Assembly (NCBI GenBank): GCA_002269645.1
Contig: NIVC01000957.1
Location: forward strand, 124,001 to 188,000
DNA: 64,000 nt
Source of the DNA: Macrostomum lignano
Lineage: Eukaryota
Reading direction: 5' to 3'
Part shown: one piece after another, positions 1 through 37,484 of the stretch
How positions within the stretch are numbered: position 1 is the first letter of the stretch
Layout of the letters: every line of letters starts with the position of its first letter
Position numbers and translations under genes: made by a program
Notes under the pieces: model-generated
Told to the model about the DNA's origin: nothing
Databases searched by the model: none
What the model saw: only the letters and a program-made list of their open reading frames with translations

Positions 1-740
1 TCAGGCAAAGAGTGCACCCAGTTAAGCAGGTCAAGAGAGCCTCTCAACAAACCAATCAGAGGACCTATCTGCCGGTAGCCAAGGAATCCACAGAGACCAA
101 AGCGCTCAGATGGGATGCTGTTGCTGATCTTGACTGACGATTGCCGCCGCTGCTCTTCGCTTTTTGATGGTCGTTGCTGCTCTCAGATCACTGCCAGGAG
201 ATATTGATGATGCTTCTCAGGGGGAACTTAGCTGTTGGAGCCGAAACTGCCGGGGAAAGGGGGATCAGGTCGGCAGGACCAGAAGAGGAAGCAGCAGGGC
301 AGGGAAGGTCCCGGAGGAGGCGGGTTACTCGAGCGCGGGTCGAGTTGCCGCCTTTTATAGCTCTCACGCGGCCGATTTGTTATAACGCACGACGAATTTT
401 CCGATTGGCTGAGAGCTTTTGTTAAAATAGGCGCCGAATTTTCTGATTGGTCGAGCCGGGGGCAGTCAGGTCGACTCTGATTGGCTGAGCTCAAGACCCC
501 AAAACCCACCCCACCAGGTGGCCTTCAGACCCCAGGGAAGTTGACAGGTGCGGTCATAAATCATTAGCAAAACATAATAAAAATCACTTGTCTAGACATC
601 CTGACGCCAAAAGTGACAGCAAAACGCCCATAAATCAAAGGAGAAAGCAACAGAGCGAGTGGGGGGAAAGCTGGAAAGACCTCTTTGACCCAGACAGGCT
701 GGAGCCAAAAGTGACAGCTAGACGGCCATAAATCACTGAA
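1..740 (-). mobile_element. Diverged copy C of a promoter-bearing LTR-like dispersed repeat (runs off window start)
   Basis: Minus-strand TATAAAA at 353-359, CCAAT boxes (attgg 404, 446, 481) and TGACAG..CATAAATCA modules at 542, 614 and 712. The reverse complement of 1-130 aligns by eye with 2470-2560 (tgtggatt..ctg.ttgg.t.g.tgagaggct..ct.gac.tgctt). Confidence 0.55.
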
Positions 741-1629
741 AACAGTAAAAAAGCCACAAATCTGGGGGGTCAGAACGAGGTTGAAAACGCCCCTCCAAGA
801 CTTAGTGTCGCCTGTCTAGACTGCTAGAGGTCAATCCGTCTCAAACCCAGACAGTCTGACCTTCAAAGATGCGTAAACAATCCAAAATTAGAGTCTTAAG
901 AGAAGTACATTGAGTATCTAACAGAATCAATAGTAATGGCATAAATTAGTATAGAACTAAGCCTAGATGAGAGAATGGAAAGAAGTTCCTAAGCTAGCCT
1001 ACTGACAGTAGGGGAAAAGCGCATCGAAGCAAAATGTGCGGTTCTGAGATTGAAAACAGGTGCGTCCCCATCAGTAAAAAACTAAATTTAATAAAAACTT
1101 GAAGCTTAACAGAAAACGCATTTTAAAGTGTCTTCAGTTATAGTCCAATTTGTTTTAATGTGTAGCCCTGCGGGGCGGTGTGGTGTGTGTTTTAGGGGGA
1201 CCCTGCACTACTGAGTAATCGAGTTAAGTAGAGTAGAGTATAACGAAAATTGTTGTGAGAAATCTGCAAAATGTGATCGACCTTTGCATTGCATCCCTCT
1301 TTTCTGTCAGAGAAAAAATCTACATAATAATTTGAGCTGTTTTGCTGTCTGTTGATATTTTCGAGAATCGTCTCTAGAATCGCTCTAAAAAGTTTCAGGT
1401 GGTCATGCATAACATTTTTTTCGATGAAAAAATCGATTTAGGAAGCGGGTCAAATATTCGAAGAACGATGCTTCTTAATGCTTTTTGAATAAGCGCTGGA
1501 TGGTCATGATGAGGACGCACTTTTTTCCAAATCCCGCGCTAGCACATGGGTTCTAAACTTGACTAGCCTACAAACAGTGGGCAATGGGCATTTTTATCCT
1601 TTTTCTGCGAATTGTCATAGAATCTATAC

Positions 1630-3485
1630 TAGATATAATGTTTGGTTATACTAGTAGTCATATAACATAGGCGCAGCTTTTTGGGTCATAAATCATCGCT
1701 TTCGAAGCTGGTCTGACAGCCACCTGCGCCTCACTCATGTTGAGGCGGGCGCCAGATGGTCTCAGAGGATGCGAGCGGTAGCTTTTTTCTCATCATTTTG
1801 ACAGGCCATCAAGATTTATGAGGTCAGAGCCTATTGTTCGTGTTCACTCAAGCGTGCGACAGCTTTGACAGCTATGCGTTCTACCCCTAAAAGTACTTTT
1901 GGGATTAGCGATTAGTGATTTCTCTTGATTATCTTCACTTTCTATTTAATAAGAGCTTTCTAATGTATATTTTTTCATTAATTTTTGTCAATTCTACGCG
2001 AAAAGTCATAAATCATTTTGTTGCGATTTTGATTGATTTATGGCCGCACCTGTCATGTTTTTACGACCCCGAGGGAACTGATAGGATCTCCCGGTCACGT
2101 GATTCTGGGTAGCAACCAGCTTAGCCAATCAGAAAATTCGACGCTCATTTTAACAAACCGGCTCAGCCAATCAGAATCGACGTGTTCCATTATAACAAAC
2201 TGCGGTCCAGTTGGCGGCTATTTAAACCAGTGTTTTTGGCCCGCTTGGACACAACTCCTCCTGGGACCTTAGCCTAAATTGAGACGTCCCGGAGCGCGAC
2301 CGTCGTTTCTTGATCCCCGGATTGCGACCTCCCCAATCATCATCAAGGACGAGTCCCCCCGGTCATCAGCAGCGAACATCAAAGTTAAGAGCATCACCTG
2401 CTAGCTATCTGCGAAGACGGTGACGTCAGCATCATCCCGGGCCTACAGCTGCGAAGCACTAAGCCGATTCGGTCACTGTGGATTACCTGGTCTCCGGCTG
2501 TTGAGTTTCTGGTTGGTTGGGTGAGAGGCTGCCTAGACTTGCTTGATTGGGTGATTCCTTATCTGTCCCCTATTTCAGTAGCTGGATTAGGCGCACACTT
2601 TTGCTCATTTTGTTCAGTAGTGCTGTAATCGAGGCAGTCATTCACTGCTAGTAGTCTAAAACTCCAATTCAATCTGAAGTGTGAAGTGATCTAAGGAGAA
2701 TGTAAATCTAACAGTTATTTTTATCGGTTTTATTTCTTTGTTCGCCGATGGCTCAGATGAATAGCTAAGCTAGTAGGCGCCGGTCACAGTGGACCAATGG
2801 CAAGGCAGTTCTCAGTCGATCAATCTATCAAATCAGTGAGCAAAACAGCCAGTAGTGCAGAATCGGTGCCAGAGATGTACTTTGTGCACTCTAGGTTAGC
2901 CAAGCGGCTCGGGTGATGAATCATGCGGTCTCTGATGTTCGAGTTAGTCTATCATCAGCGCTATGAGGCTAGTTGGCGCGTTGAAGGCCAAAAGTACAAT
3001 TCTTCGTATTTAGCAATGTAATAGTACATGTAGCTACCCCATAGACTCGCCACTGCAAGAATCCCCTGCACAAGTCCCCTCTGTACCTGCATGGCCAATG
3101 CGATCAAGTCCCAGCAGTGTCCCTTATCATCGGCTATGGCTTCAAGATTGACAGCAAAAAGACACTAGTCGGCAGGTAAGTGCTAAGCCCCTTCTAGTCG
3201 GAAGCCCGATTTCGAGAGTCCCGGTGTGGTGAGCCAGGACGTACGGGCTGATGGCAGCGAGTTAGCTTAGTCTGCGGATTAGCTAATTTCTCCCTTCAAA
3301 ATTCTCCCTGCTTGTCTCTCGCTGTCCTCTCTTAGCTATAGGACCTAGACTGCTCGCCACAGATCAAGCTACCATGGGGCTGACCATCTGACAGGAGTGG
3401 GGGGCCAGGACTCTAATTGATTTATTTCTGAGACCTGAGGCCCGAAGGCTTCCCCACAAGGGGGCCGAAAGGCCGGAACCCATCA
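1630..3485 (+). mobile_element. Copy A of ~1.85-kb LTR-like dispersed repeat
   Basis: Reverse-complement similarity to 6841-8700 over its whole length. CCAAT at 2125 and 2167, TATTTAAA at 2219. Ends ...AACCCATCA. No conserved ORF. Possible GTCAT flanks at 1614-1618 and 3486-3490. Confidence 0.65.
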
Positions 3486-3640
3486 GTCATTTTTAATTGC
3501 CAACCCATTCTGACTTGAATTGGGAAGTGATTGCGTCGTAAGTCACCAAGCTGGCTTGAAATAAATATATTCCTGAAAAATGGCACCTTCAAGATGTACG
3601 AGCGTATTGACATTTAAGATGAACTAAAGTACAGTGTATG

Positions 3641-4934
3641 TGTAACCGGGTCAATAGCTATGACGACTTGACGGTGTGAATACCAAATCCCACCGTCGCT
3701 ACTAGATACAGGTTTGAAATTTATTAAACTTGACGGTGTTATTTTTAACTTCGCTAATCTGGCTACTGACAAGTAGTCTGTCGCAGATATTAAATCTAGT
3801 GCCGAACAAAGACAGGCATTTTGTCTAGAGTGACCAATAATTTCCTATGGGCCCTATGTCTCGCGGGACTCTAGATTTCCGTTGGGCTCTTTGTCCCTTT
3901 GGCTCTTTGTCTAGCTGCAGACTATGATTCACTCGGACTTTTACCCGGTGGTGACTCAGCGTCTGGCACAACTCAGACAGGCTCTTTGTCCGCGAACTCT
4001 TAATGAGCGGAGTGACTTGTTTCTCTATTTCCGGTAACGACAAAGGTTCCAAATAACTTAGAATTTCGGCAGCTACGAGAATATGGCCTAAGGCTATACT
4101 GCTTATAATTGCACCAGCAGAAGAGCGCTACCCTGAGATGGTCTGACAGAGTAATGCCAATGATTTCTTGATAAATTACGTTCCCCAGATAAGTCGATAA
4201 TCAATCCCAAAGCTAGAAGTCACGAAAGGTAGTTCGCTGCCACCAATCGAAGCTATGATTAAATGACTGAGAGAAATCGCTATCAAAGAAAATTTGATTA
4301 AGTTGAACTTAATAACTTAAATAGAGTTGCGAAATAATGCTAAACTGACAAATGTAATTATTGAACGATAAATTGGTAAATAAATAAACTAGCGCACCAG
4401 CAGTAAATTAACGATAAAAAGCTTAACACCAAATAATTAATTAACAAAACACAAAGATAAGCTCGGCCTCCTGTGTCCTTTACTAAACACAGTCTGTTAG
4501 AGCTAAGATTTAAGTCTGCCTGGCTAACCTCAATTCAATAATGATAAATTCCAATTAGACTAAGACTCATATCGAATATCGATATCCAATCACTAATCAA
4601 ATCACTAAGTTACCAGGCACTACAGGCCGGGCCTACACAAGACAATAATAACTAGACTGGGAGCACGCAGTCCGGGCAAAAGAGAGGTAATTCACAGCTG
4701 GCCGTCTCGCGAGCGCGGAAATTCGAACTGGTGCGCGCGGTATTTAAATACCCGCAAAGCTAGTGTATTAAAACAACCAACAGTCACTTTGTCGCGCAGA
4801 TACGATACGCTATTCGTTGGCGCTTGTGCACGAGCTTCAGTGAATTAAATTTGCATATTAGTATTATTTCATTATTCATTAGTAACATAATAATTAATAT
4901 GTAATTAACGAGTAATCCAAGGAGCCCTACCACA
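3641..4934 (-). mobile_element. Solo LTR (Ty3/Gypsy-like), ~1.29 kb
   Basis: Minus strand starts TGTGGTAGGG and ends CCCGGTTACA (TG..CA). Direct TATG at 3637-3640 and 4935-4938 fits a 4-bp TSD. TATTTAAA at ~4741-4748 and octamer ATTTGCAT at ~4849. No coding capacity. Confidence 0.65.
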
Positions 4935-5111
4935 TATGCACATCGCACATGTTTGACTTGTATTGAGGTGACATGTACAAGGATGTGAGTTTTAAATCAT
5001 GAATATAAGTCATATACGAGTATTCCATTCCATGACATGCTTGGTGCTTTTTAGGAAAGACAGAAAAATTGGACGCGAGTCTTGCATTTTATTTGTATTT
5101 TTAAATTATAC

Positions 5112-5163
5112 TCAGCAACGTCGAAAAGTCGCCTTCCCAGAAGATTCTGTCTGTGGTCGCCAT
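5112..5163 (-). CDS. Possible first coding exon (MATTDRIFWEGDFSTLL) of a gene continuing left of the window
   Basis: caaaATGGcg start context, GC-rich upstream region with TCTCGCGAG (~5193), weak donor A|GTATAA. No downstream exon found in the window. Confidence 0.25.
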
Positions 5164-5806
5164 TTTGAGTGAGCAGGTAAGGCCTCTCAATCTCGCGAGT
5201 GGCGCAACTTAGCTACGCTGCGGCAGACTTGAGTTGAGGAATGAAGTGGGGGAGCGGTGTGCGAGGGTTGGACGGATTAAAGCTACCCCGATCAGTTTTC
5301 TCGTATCTTTTATTTCAAGAACAGTCCAAGAGAAATTGCTCACTGGCGCAGAGAGTGGTGACTTTTCAATGTTGCTGAGTACGAGTACGAGTACATGTAT
5401 ATGGACAAATTTGTAATGCTACACGTGTACAAAATCATTGCAATTCACCAGCTTCATAAAAGCAAATTAAACACCAGTTAAAAAGCTACACTACCTAAAA
5501 AGGACATGATTTCATCACAACTTCTTAAGTTTTCAAAGTCAACATGTAACTGCAAGAACAGAGCACTTTAAAATGAGTTTTGAAGGCCGATACACGTATA
5601 GCAAATCTATTTGAAATCCTAAAAACTAATTTCATGTCGTTGCAACGGAGCAGATAATCACGAAGGGTATAGTCACAGGGAACAAACTATTCTCCTAAGG
5701 ATAACCAATAAAACTTGAAGCGACAATAACTTAAACATACTGGTCTTCAGAGCTTAACTTATTGCTAGATTCGTCAATGTATAAGAGCGTCAGCAATAGC
5801 CCCTTA

Positions 5807-26972
<21,166 letters not shown>

Positions 26973-27079
26973 TCCCGAGGATTGCATTAACAGCCAGCAA
27001 GCCTTGAGACTGAGATATTTGGGCTGCAATAATTCCAGGAAACAAGAAACAACTCGGCTTTGCGATTCAGAGTCCCAGT

Positions 27080-27160
27080 TCTGCTAAATACCGAGCTCCC
27101 AACTCTCAGCGCCACCGAACTGCCAGCTCTCTATTGGCGGAGAGCTGCTCAGCCAATCAG
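27080..27160 (-). promoter_or_regulatory. Candidate promoter of the EGF-LamG gene
   Basis: TATTTA-like box at 27085-27090 (minus strand) and CCAAT motifs at 27133 and 27153, ~100-180 bp upstream of the ATG. Confidence 0.4.
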
Positions 27161-27446
27161 AGCCGTTCGCTCAGTTTGGCCAGCTTGATTGAGCCGCTGA
27201 TGGCACCGCAGCTCCGAGTTGAGCAGACCAGTTCCTTTGAGGTGGCGCCAAGACCAGCAGAAGGCCTCTATAAAGAAATTATTTAAGTTTTGCCACAAAA
27301 TATGAAAATTTAATTATAATTTTCTGTGGAATTTATCGGGATATAATTCGAATATTTGCCTTTTATTAAGGAATTTCCAGTTGTATTTTATTACGAAATT
27401 TCGTTTATTAGCGCATTTTTTTCAAAATCGAATGACTATGTGTAGC

Positions 27447-28048
27447 TGCACAACTCAGTCACTCTCTGCACAACTCAGTCACTCTCTGCACAACTCAGTC
27501 ACTCTCTGCACAACTCAGTCACTCTCTGCACAACTCAGTCACTCTCTGCACAACTCAGTCACTCTCTGCACAACTCGGTCACTCTCTGCACAACTCAGTC
27601 ACTCTCTGCACAACTCAGTCACTCTCTGCACAACTCAGTCACTCTCTGCACAACTCAGTCACTCTCTGCACAACTCAGTCACTCTCTGCACAACTCAGTC
27701 ACTCTCTGCACAACTCAGGCACTCTATCTGCACAACTCAGTCACTATCTCCACAACTCAGACACTCTAGCTGTACAACTCAGTCACTCTATCTGCTCTGC
27801 CCAATGACTCTATCTGCACTACTCAGTTACTCTGGTTATAAAACTCAGTCACTCTAGTTATAAAACTCAGTCACTCTAGTTATAAAACTCAGTCACTCTA
27901 GTTATAAAACTCAGTCACTCTAGTTGTAAAACTCAGTCACTCTAGTTATAAAACTCAGCCACTCTAGTTATAAAACTCAGTCACTCTAGTTGTAAAACTC
28001 AGTCACTCTAGTTATAAAACTCAGTCACTCTAGTTGTAAAACTCAGCC
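27447..28048. repeat. Adjacent 20-bp (caactcagtcactctctgca) and 22-bp (aaaactcagtcactctagttat) arrays sharing a core
   Basis: Common core aactcagtcactct. The last 22-bp unit overlaps the stop codon of ORF 28030-28494. Confidence 0.95.
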
Positions 28049-28494
28049 AGCTGAACGCCTCCCAGGCTGCAGCGCTTCAGCTCCGGTTGAATGGCGCGCG
28101 AGTCAATCTTGAGCACGAAGCTGCGGCCCAGCACGAAGTCAACAATGTAGATTCGAACCCCGGTGAGCAGCTCCCGGGGCACCAGGTTGGAGTTTGGCAG
28201 GCAGCGCTCGCAGTAGAACAGCTTGCAGTGGTGCGGGTCCACCTCGTACTGGAAGTGCTGAATCTTCAGGCAGAACTTCTCCAGCAGGTTGAACACGGTG
28301 TCCACCTCCTGGTCGATCCACAGGTCCGCCACCAGCATGCCGCAGTACTCGTAGGCGTCCACCGTCTCCCAGCAGCACTCGCGCATCAGAAAGAACTTCT
28401 CGCTGTTCTTCAGCTTCGACCGCGCCTCGATGTTGTCCTCGACGAAGTAGCGATCAACCACCTCCTCCACGGTGTCAGCGTCTGCCATCATCAT
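28030..28494 (-). CDS. Orphan 154-aa protein, unknown function
   Basis: Non-repetitive open frame with GC-rich third positions like the real exons. In-frame acceptor tacag| at 28518 upstream. No domain recognised. Confidence 0.65.
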   Translation of the reverse strand: MMMADADTVEEVVDRYFVEDNIEARSKLKNSEKFFLMRECCWETVDAYEYCGMLVADLWIDQEVDTVFNLLEKFCLKIQHFQYEVDPHHCKLFYCERCLPNSNLVPRELLTGVRIYIVDFVLGRSFVLKIDSRAIQPELKRCSLGGVQLAEFYN

Positions 28495-28688
28495 GACGGA
28501 GGTGAACTCAAAATCAAGCTGTAATGAGAATCGACAGCAACTGAGTTGATAATCAGGTAATTATTGCTTGAAGTATGATTGATGGATGCCTATTGAATGT
28601 GTTGCAGTGCTTCAAGCCCGCCAAAGTGTCTGTGGTAAAAAGGATAAAATTACAGAAAATTAATGCAAGAATGAAAGCTAACGCAACC

Positions 28689-28926
28689 AGTTCTATAATT
28701 AGCATCTGGAGTGGAAACGAGTTTTTCATTTTACCTCATGAGGCCACGCAGTTTTAATTATAAAACTCATTTAGTATTTTTGCGAGTAGCATAGACAGTC
28801 AGCCAGAGTCATAGACATTCAGTGCTGGCCATTGTGGTGAAAATTACGGTATCTCAACAATTTGCGTGGCCTCCTGGTGTAAAAGTGGAAAACTCGTTTC
28901 CACTCCAGATGCTATTTATAGAACTC
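28689..28926. mobile_element. MITE-like element with ~62-bp imperfect terminal inverted repeats
   Basis: 28689-28750 agttctataattagcatctggagtggaaacgag..gaggccacgca matches the reverse complement of 28863-28926. No clear TSD. Confidence 0.55.
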
Positions 28927-29254
28927 CTTGGCAAAAGTAAACTTACAGAGTTGGCTTACAAGATTTTATGAAGGAAAGTGTCGTCCATGGGCCAACCTGG
29001 GCCGGGGTTGAGTGGAATCTCAAGAGGCAGAAATCAGACTGAGTACAGAACCGGGGGCTTCCACTTTGAGACAGTTTTTAGCTGGTAATTTTTGCCTTAC
29101 TGTAGCATTTCGCGAAAACTCTAGCAAAGGAAAATAAACAAAGGCACAAAAAATGCAGACTGAATAATCAACGTCCTGACAAAACATCCAACATTGTTGA
29201 CTGAGAGAAGCACGCCGGTCGTAAATCGGCAGAAGGCGGAAGCCATTAATGCGA

Positions 29255-33876
<4,622 letters not shown>

Positions 33877-34439
33877 GGCTTGCTGTTCGAGCTAATCTCG
33901 GTGTGTCAGTCCGTCTCGAATATCTGTCTGACTGGCCTGAAAACCTCTCTTATTTATAGAGCTCAGATATCCGCACACTTGCCCGTGAATATCCGCCTGC
34001 GACGCCAGAGGGGGGGGGCGGTGGAGACGGATTTTAGTGCGGATTGAAAATGATTAAAGCTGCTCGGGCCGCCGCCCCCACGCTTGTATAGTCAGTGGTT
34101 TCTAGCCGAGCGCAACTGTCTGTTATCTGCTTGGAAACAGAAAAGCAGCAATGTGGAAAAGCACAAGAAAAGCAAATCTGGCACTCAGCTGTCATTCGCC
34201 GTGGAAAAAAACAGAATTCCTAAGGATAATCGAGACAGCACAAGGTCCTTGATGTTCGTTCTATTTTTTCTATTTTAATTTCTGATTCAGTATTCGTATT
34301 TTAATGCTCTTTTTATTAACATTTTTACGTCATCTTCCTTACGTTATCCTCCAATTGTCCTTGACAAGCTCTTTTATTAGAAGTGGCGATGGAAATTGCC
34401 ACCTGAGACATCGAAAAACTTCCTGATTGAGGCGCCAAT

Positions 34440-35065
34440 TTGTGCAGTTTGACATGAAAATCGGTGCTGTTTGACATGACAATTAGTGCAGTTTGACATG
34501 ACAATTAGTGCAGTTTGACATGAAAATCGGTGCTGTTTGACATGACAATTAGTGCAGTTTGACATGACAATTAGTGCAGTTTGACATGAAAATCGGTGCT
34601 GTTTGACATGACAATTAGTGCAGTTTGACATGACAATTAGTGCAGTTTGACATGAAAATCGGTGCTGTTTGACATGACAATTAGTGCAGTTTGACATGAC
34701 AATTAGTGCAGTTTGACATGAAAATCGGTGCTGTTTGACATGACAATTAGTGCAGTTTGACATGAAAATCGGTGCTGTTTGACATGACAATCAGTGCAGT
34801 TTGACATGACAATCAGTGCAGTTTGACATGACAATTAGTGCAGTTTGACATGACAATTAGTGCAGTTTGACATGACAATTAGTGCAGTTTGACATGAAAA
34901 TCGGTGCTGTTTGACATGACAGTCAGTGCAGTTTGACATGACAATCAGTGCAGTTTGACATGACAATTAGTGCAGTTTGACATGACAACTAGTGCAGTTT
35001 GACATGACAATCAGTGCAGTTTGACATCACAACTAGTGCAGTTTGACATGACAATTAGTGCAGTT
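34440..35065. repeat. 22-bp minisatellite (gtttgacatg core) with a 66-bp higher-order unit
   Basis: Two variants in a 2:1 pattern. Confidence 0.95.
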
Positions 35066-35424
35066 TGGCATGCCTACTAAACTTAACATCTCTGAGATTT
35101 TCTCGGCAGCTTGACACGCCACATTCAGCAGCCGCACGAATTGAAGCTTCTAAAATCTCAAGTTAAACATTTGGTTCGGTACAAGGTGCTCTTCGTGATC
35201 TCATTTTCAACAGTCGTATTTTTAGAAAGCAGGTGAACAGCAATCTCCAAGCTCACGGATTTAGTCTTATCGGTCAGGCCTCTCATTTAGCCGCGCCATT
35301 TCGCTGTAGCAACACTCGCATGTGTGTGTGCCGTACGGGCAGCCTGTCAAGCCTTCGTGCAGCTTTTTATAGTTAGACGATTTGCAATGCAATGCATAAA
35401 TTGTGTTAGTTGGGTTGATGATTC

Positions 35425-36465
35425 AGATCCTCAGATCCTCAGCCAGCCTCCCGGATCCTCAGTTGCTGGGCCAGCCTCCCAGATCCTAGATCCTCAGTTG
35501 CTGGGCTAGCCTCCCAGATCCTCAGTTACTGGGCCAGCCTCCCAAATCCTCAGTTGCTGGGCCAGCCTCCCAGATCCTAGATCCTCAGTTACTGGGCTAG
35601 CCTCCCAGATCCTAGATCATGTTGCTGGGCTAGCCTCCCAGATCCTCAGTTACTGGGCCAGCCTCCCAAATCCTCAGTTGCTGGGCCAGCCTCCCAGATC
35701 CTAGATCCTCAGTTGCTGGGCCAGCCTCCCAGATCCTCAGTTACTGGGCCAGCCTCCCAAATCCTCAGTTGCTGGGCCAGCCTCCCAGATCCTAGATCCT
35801 CAGTTGCTGGGCTAGCCTCCCAGATCCTCAGTTGCTGGGCCAGCCTCCCAGAGTGTCAGTTGCTGGGCCAGCCTCCAGGATCCTCAGTTGCTGGGCCAGC
35901 CTCCCAAATCCTCAGTTGCTGGGCCAGCCTCCAGGATCCTCAGTTGCTGGGCCAGCCTCCCAGATCCTCAGTTGCTGGGCCAGCCTCCCAGAGTGTCAGT
36001 TGCTGGGCCAGCCTCCAGGATCCTCAGTTGCTGGGCCAGCCTCCCAAATCCTCAGTTGCTGGGCCAGCCTCCAGGATCCTCAGTTGCTGGGCCAGCCTCC
36101 CAAATCCTCAGTTGCTGGGCCAGCCTCCCAGATCCTCAGTTGCTGGGCCAGCCTCCCAGATTCTAGATCCTCAGTTGCTGGGCCAGCCTCCCAAATCCTC
36201 AGTTGCTGGGCCAGCCTCCCAGATCCTCAGTTGCTGGGCCAGCCTCCCAGATCCTCAGTTGCTGGGCTAGCCTCCCAGATTCTAGATCCTCAGTTGCTGG
36301 GCTAGCCTCCCAGATCCTAGATCCTCAGTTGTTGGGCCAGCCTCCCAGATCCTCAGTTGCTAGGCCAGCCTCCCAGATCCTCAGTTACTGGGCCAGCCTC
36401 CCAGATCCTCAGTTGCTGGGCCAGCCTCCCAGATCCTCAGTTGCTGGGCCAGCCTCCCAGATCCT
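35425..36465. repeat. 28-bp minisatellite (gatcctcagttgctgggccagcctccca)
   Basis: ~35 units with 7-bp inserts. Confidence 0.95.
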
Positions 36466-36706
36466 GAGTTCCCACTAGTAGTCGGACCTACTAAGAAATT
36501 CGCAGTTTCCCATCATCGGAAACCCAGACTCAGCAATCTAGTTCCAGGTCTCACTCTCAGATACTTACTTGTACTAATGTAAAATTAACAAAGACTGCTA
36601 AAATCAAAAGTTTTGTAAAAAACAAAAAGGAACTGAAATGAAGCAGCTCGAAGGCTGTGTCCTCTAATTGAATATTATTGCGAGCATTTAAATATTGGCA
36701 TCGGCT

Positions 36707-37243
36707 TCAGGCCTCCGGCTGGTCAGTGCTTGGCTTGAAGTCTCTCTCGAACCACTTCATGGACCAGTACGGCAGCAGGCCCAGCTCAGTGGAGGCGACG
36801 TTCTGCGCCTGCGGCAGCACAGACAGCAGCGCCACGGGCTTGCTGCTGGACGGGTGCCGCAGGCACAGCAGGTACTCGCGCCCGACTTCGTAGGCCAGAG
36901 GCTCCTCTGGGTTGTGCGCCGGCGCCTCGTACACCTTCTGCGGCGCCGGCTGGTCGTCGCTGCCGTCGCTAGCCTGGCGCTGGGGCATCAGGTAGATGAG
37001 CAGCTGGGTGTTGTCCTCCTCGGCCAGGCCGACCACATTCAGCGGCTGCAGCTTGCATTCGGCCAGGTCGAACGAAAGCCGAACTTCGTAGTCTTCGGGA
37101 TCGTTGGGCGAAGGAACTCGGACAACGTGCTGCTGCTGCTGCGGCTGGCCGTCCGTGGAGCTGTTGTTGCCGACCGGCTGGACAACCAGAAATCCCAGCG
37201 GCTTTGACTGACCGCCGAGCAGAGAGCGGAATCGCTTCAGCAT
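36707..37243 (-). CDS. Orphan 178-aa protein, unknown function
   Basis: Non-repetitive ATG-to-stop frame with exon-like GC bias and a poly-Q patch. No domain recognised. Confidence 0.6.
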   Translation of the reverse strand: MLKRFRSLLGGQSKPLGFLVVQPVGNNSSTDGQPQQQQHVVRVPSPNDPEDYEVRLSFDLAECKLQPLNVVGLAEEDNTQLLIYLMPQRQASDGSDDQPAPQKVYEAPAHNPEEPLAYEVGREYLLCLRHPSSSKPVALLSVLPQAQNVASTELGLLPYWSMKWFERDFKPSTDQPEA

Positions 37244-37484
37244 GCTTTCTTTGCTTGGCTTCTGCTGCTGAGAGTCCTGGCTGCTAAAATCTGCCGAGGC
37301 GCTGCTTGCGCTCTGCTACTTGATAATAAGGCGGGTTTTGACATAGACTAAAGTGGGCGATGGGTAAACAGTGCACTTTTCAAGCAGAGCACTAAATTTA
37401 TGCGACTCTAAAATTTTAGAATAATGCTAGATTAATTTTAAGTGGGTAGGGCGCCAATGCTTGCTTACTGAATGAGCGCCAATG

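Noticed and set aside
3440-3480. Hammerhead ribozyme (GGCCGAAAGGCC stem II look-alike); also CTGATGA..CGAA at ~7352-7372
   Set aside because: No CUGAUGA directly before the stem and GGAAC instead of GAAAC. The second site has no pairing stem II.
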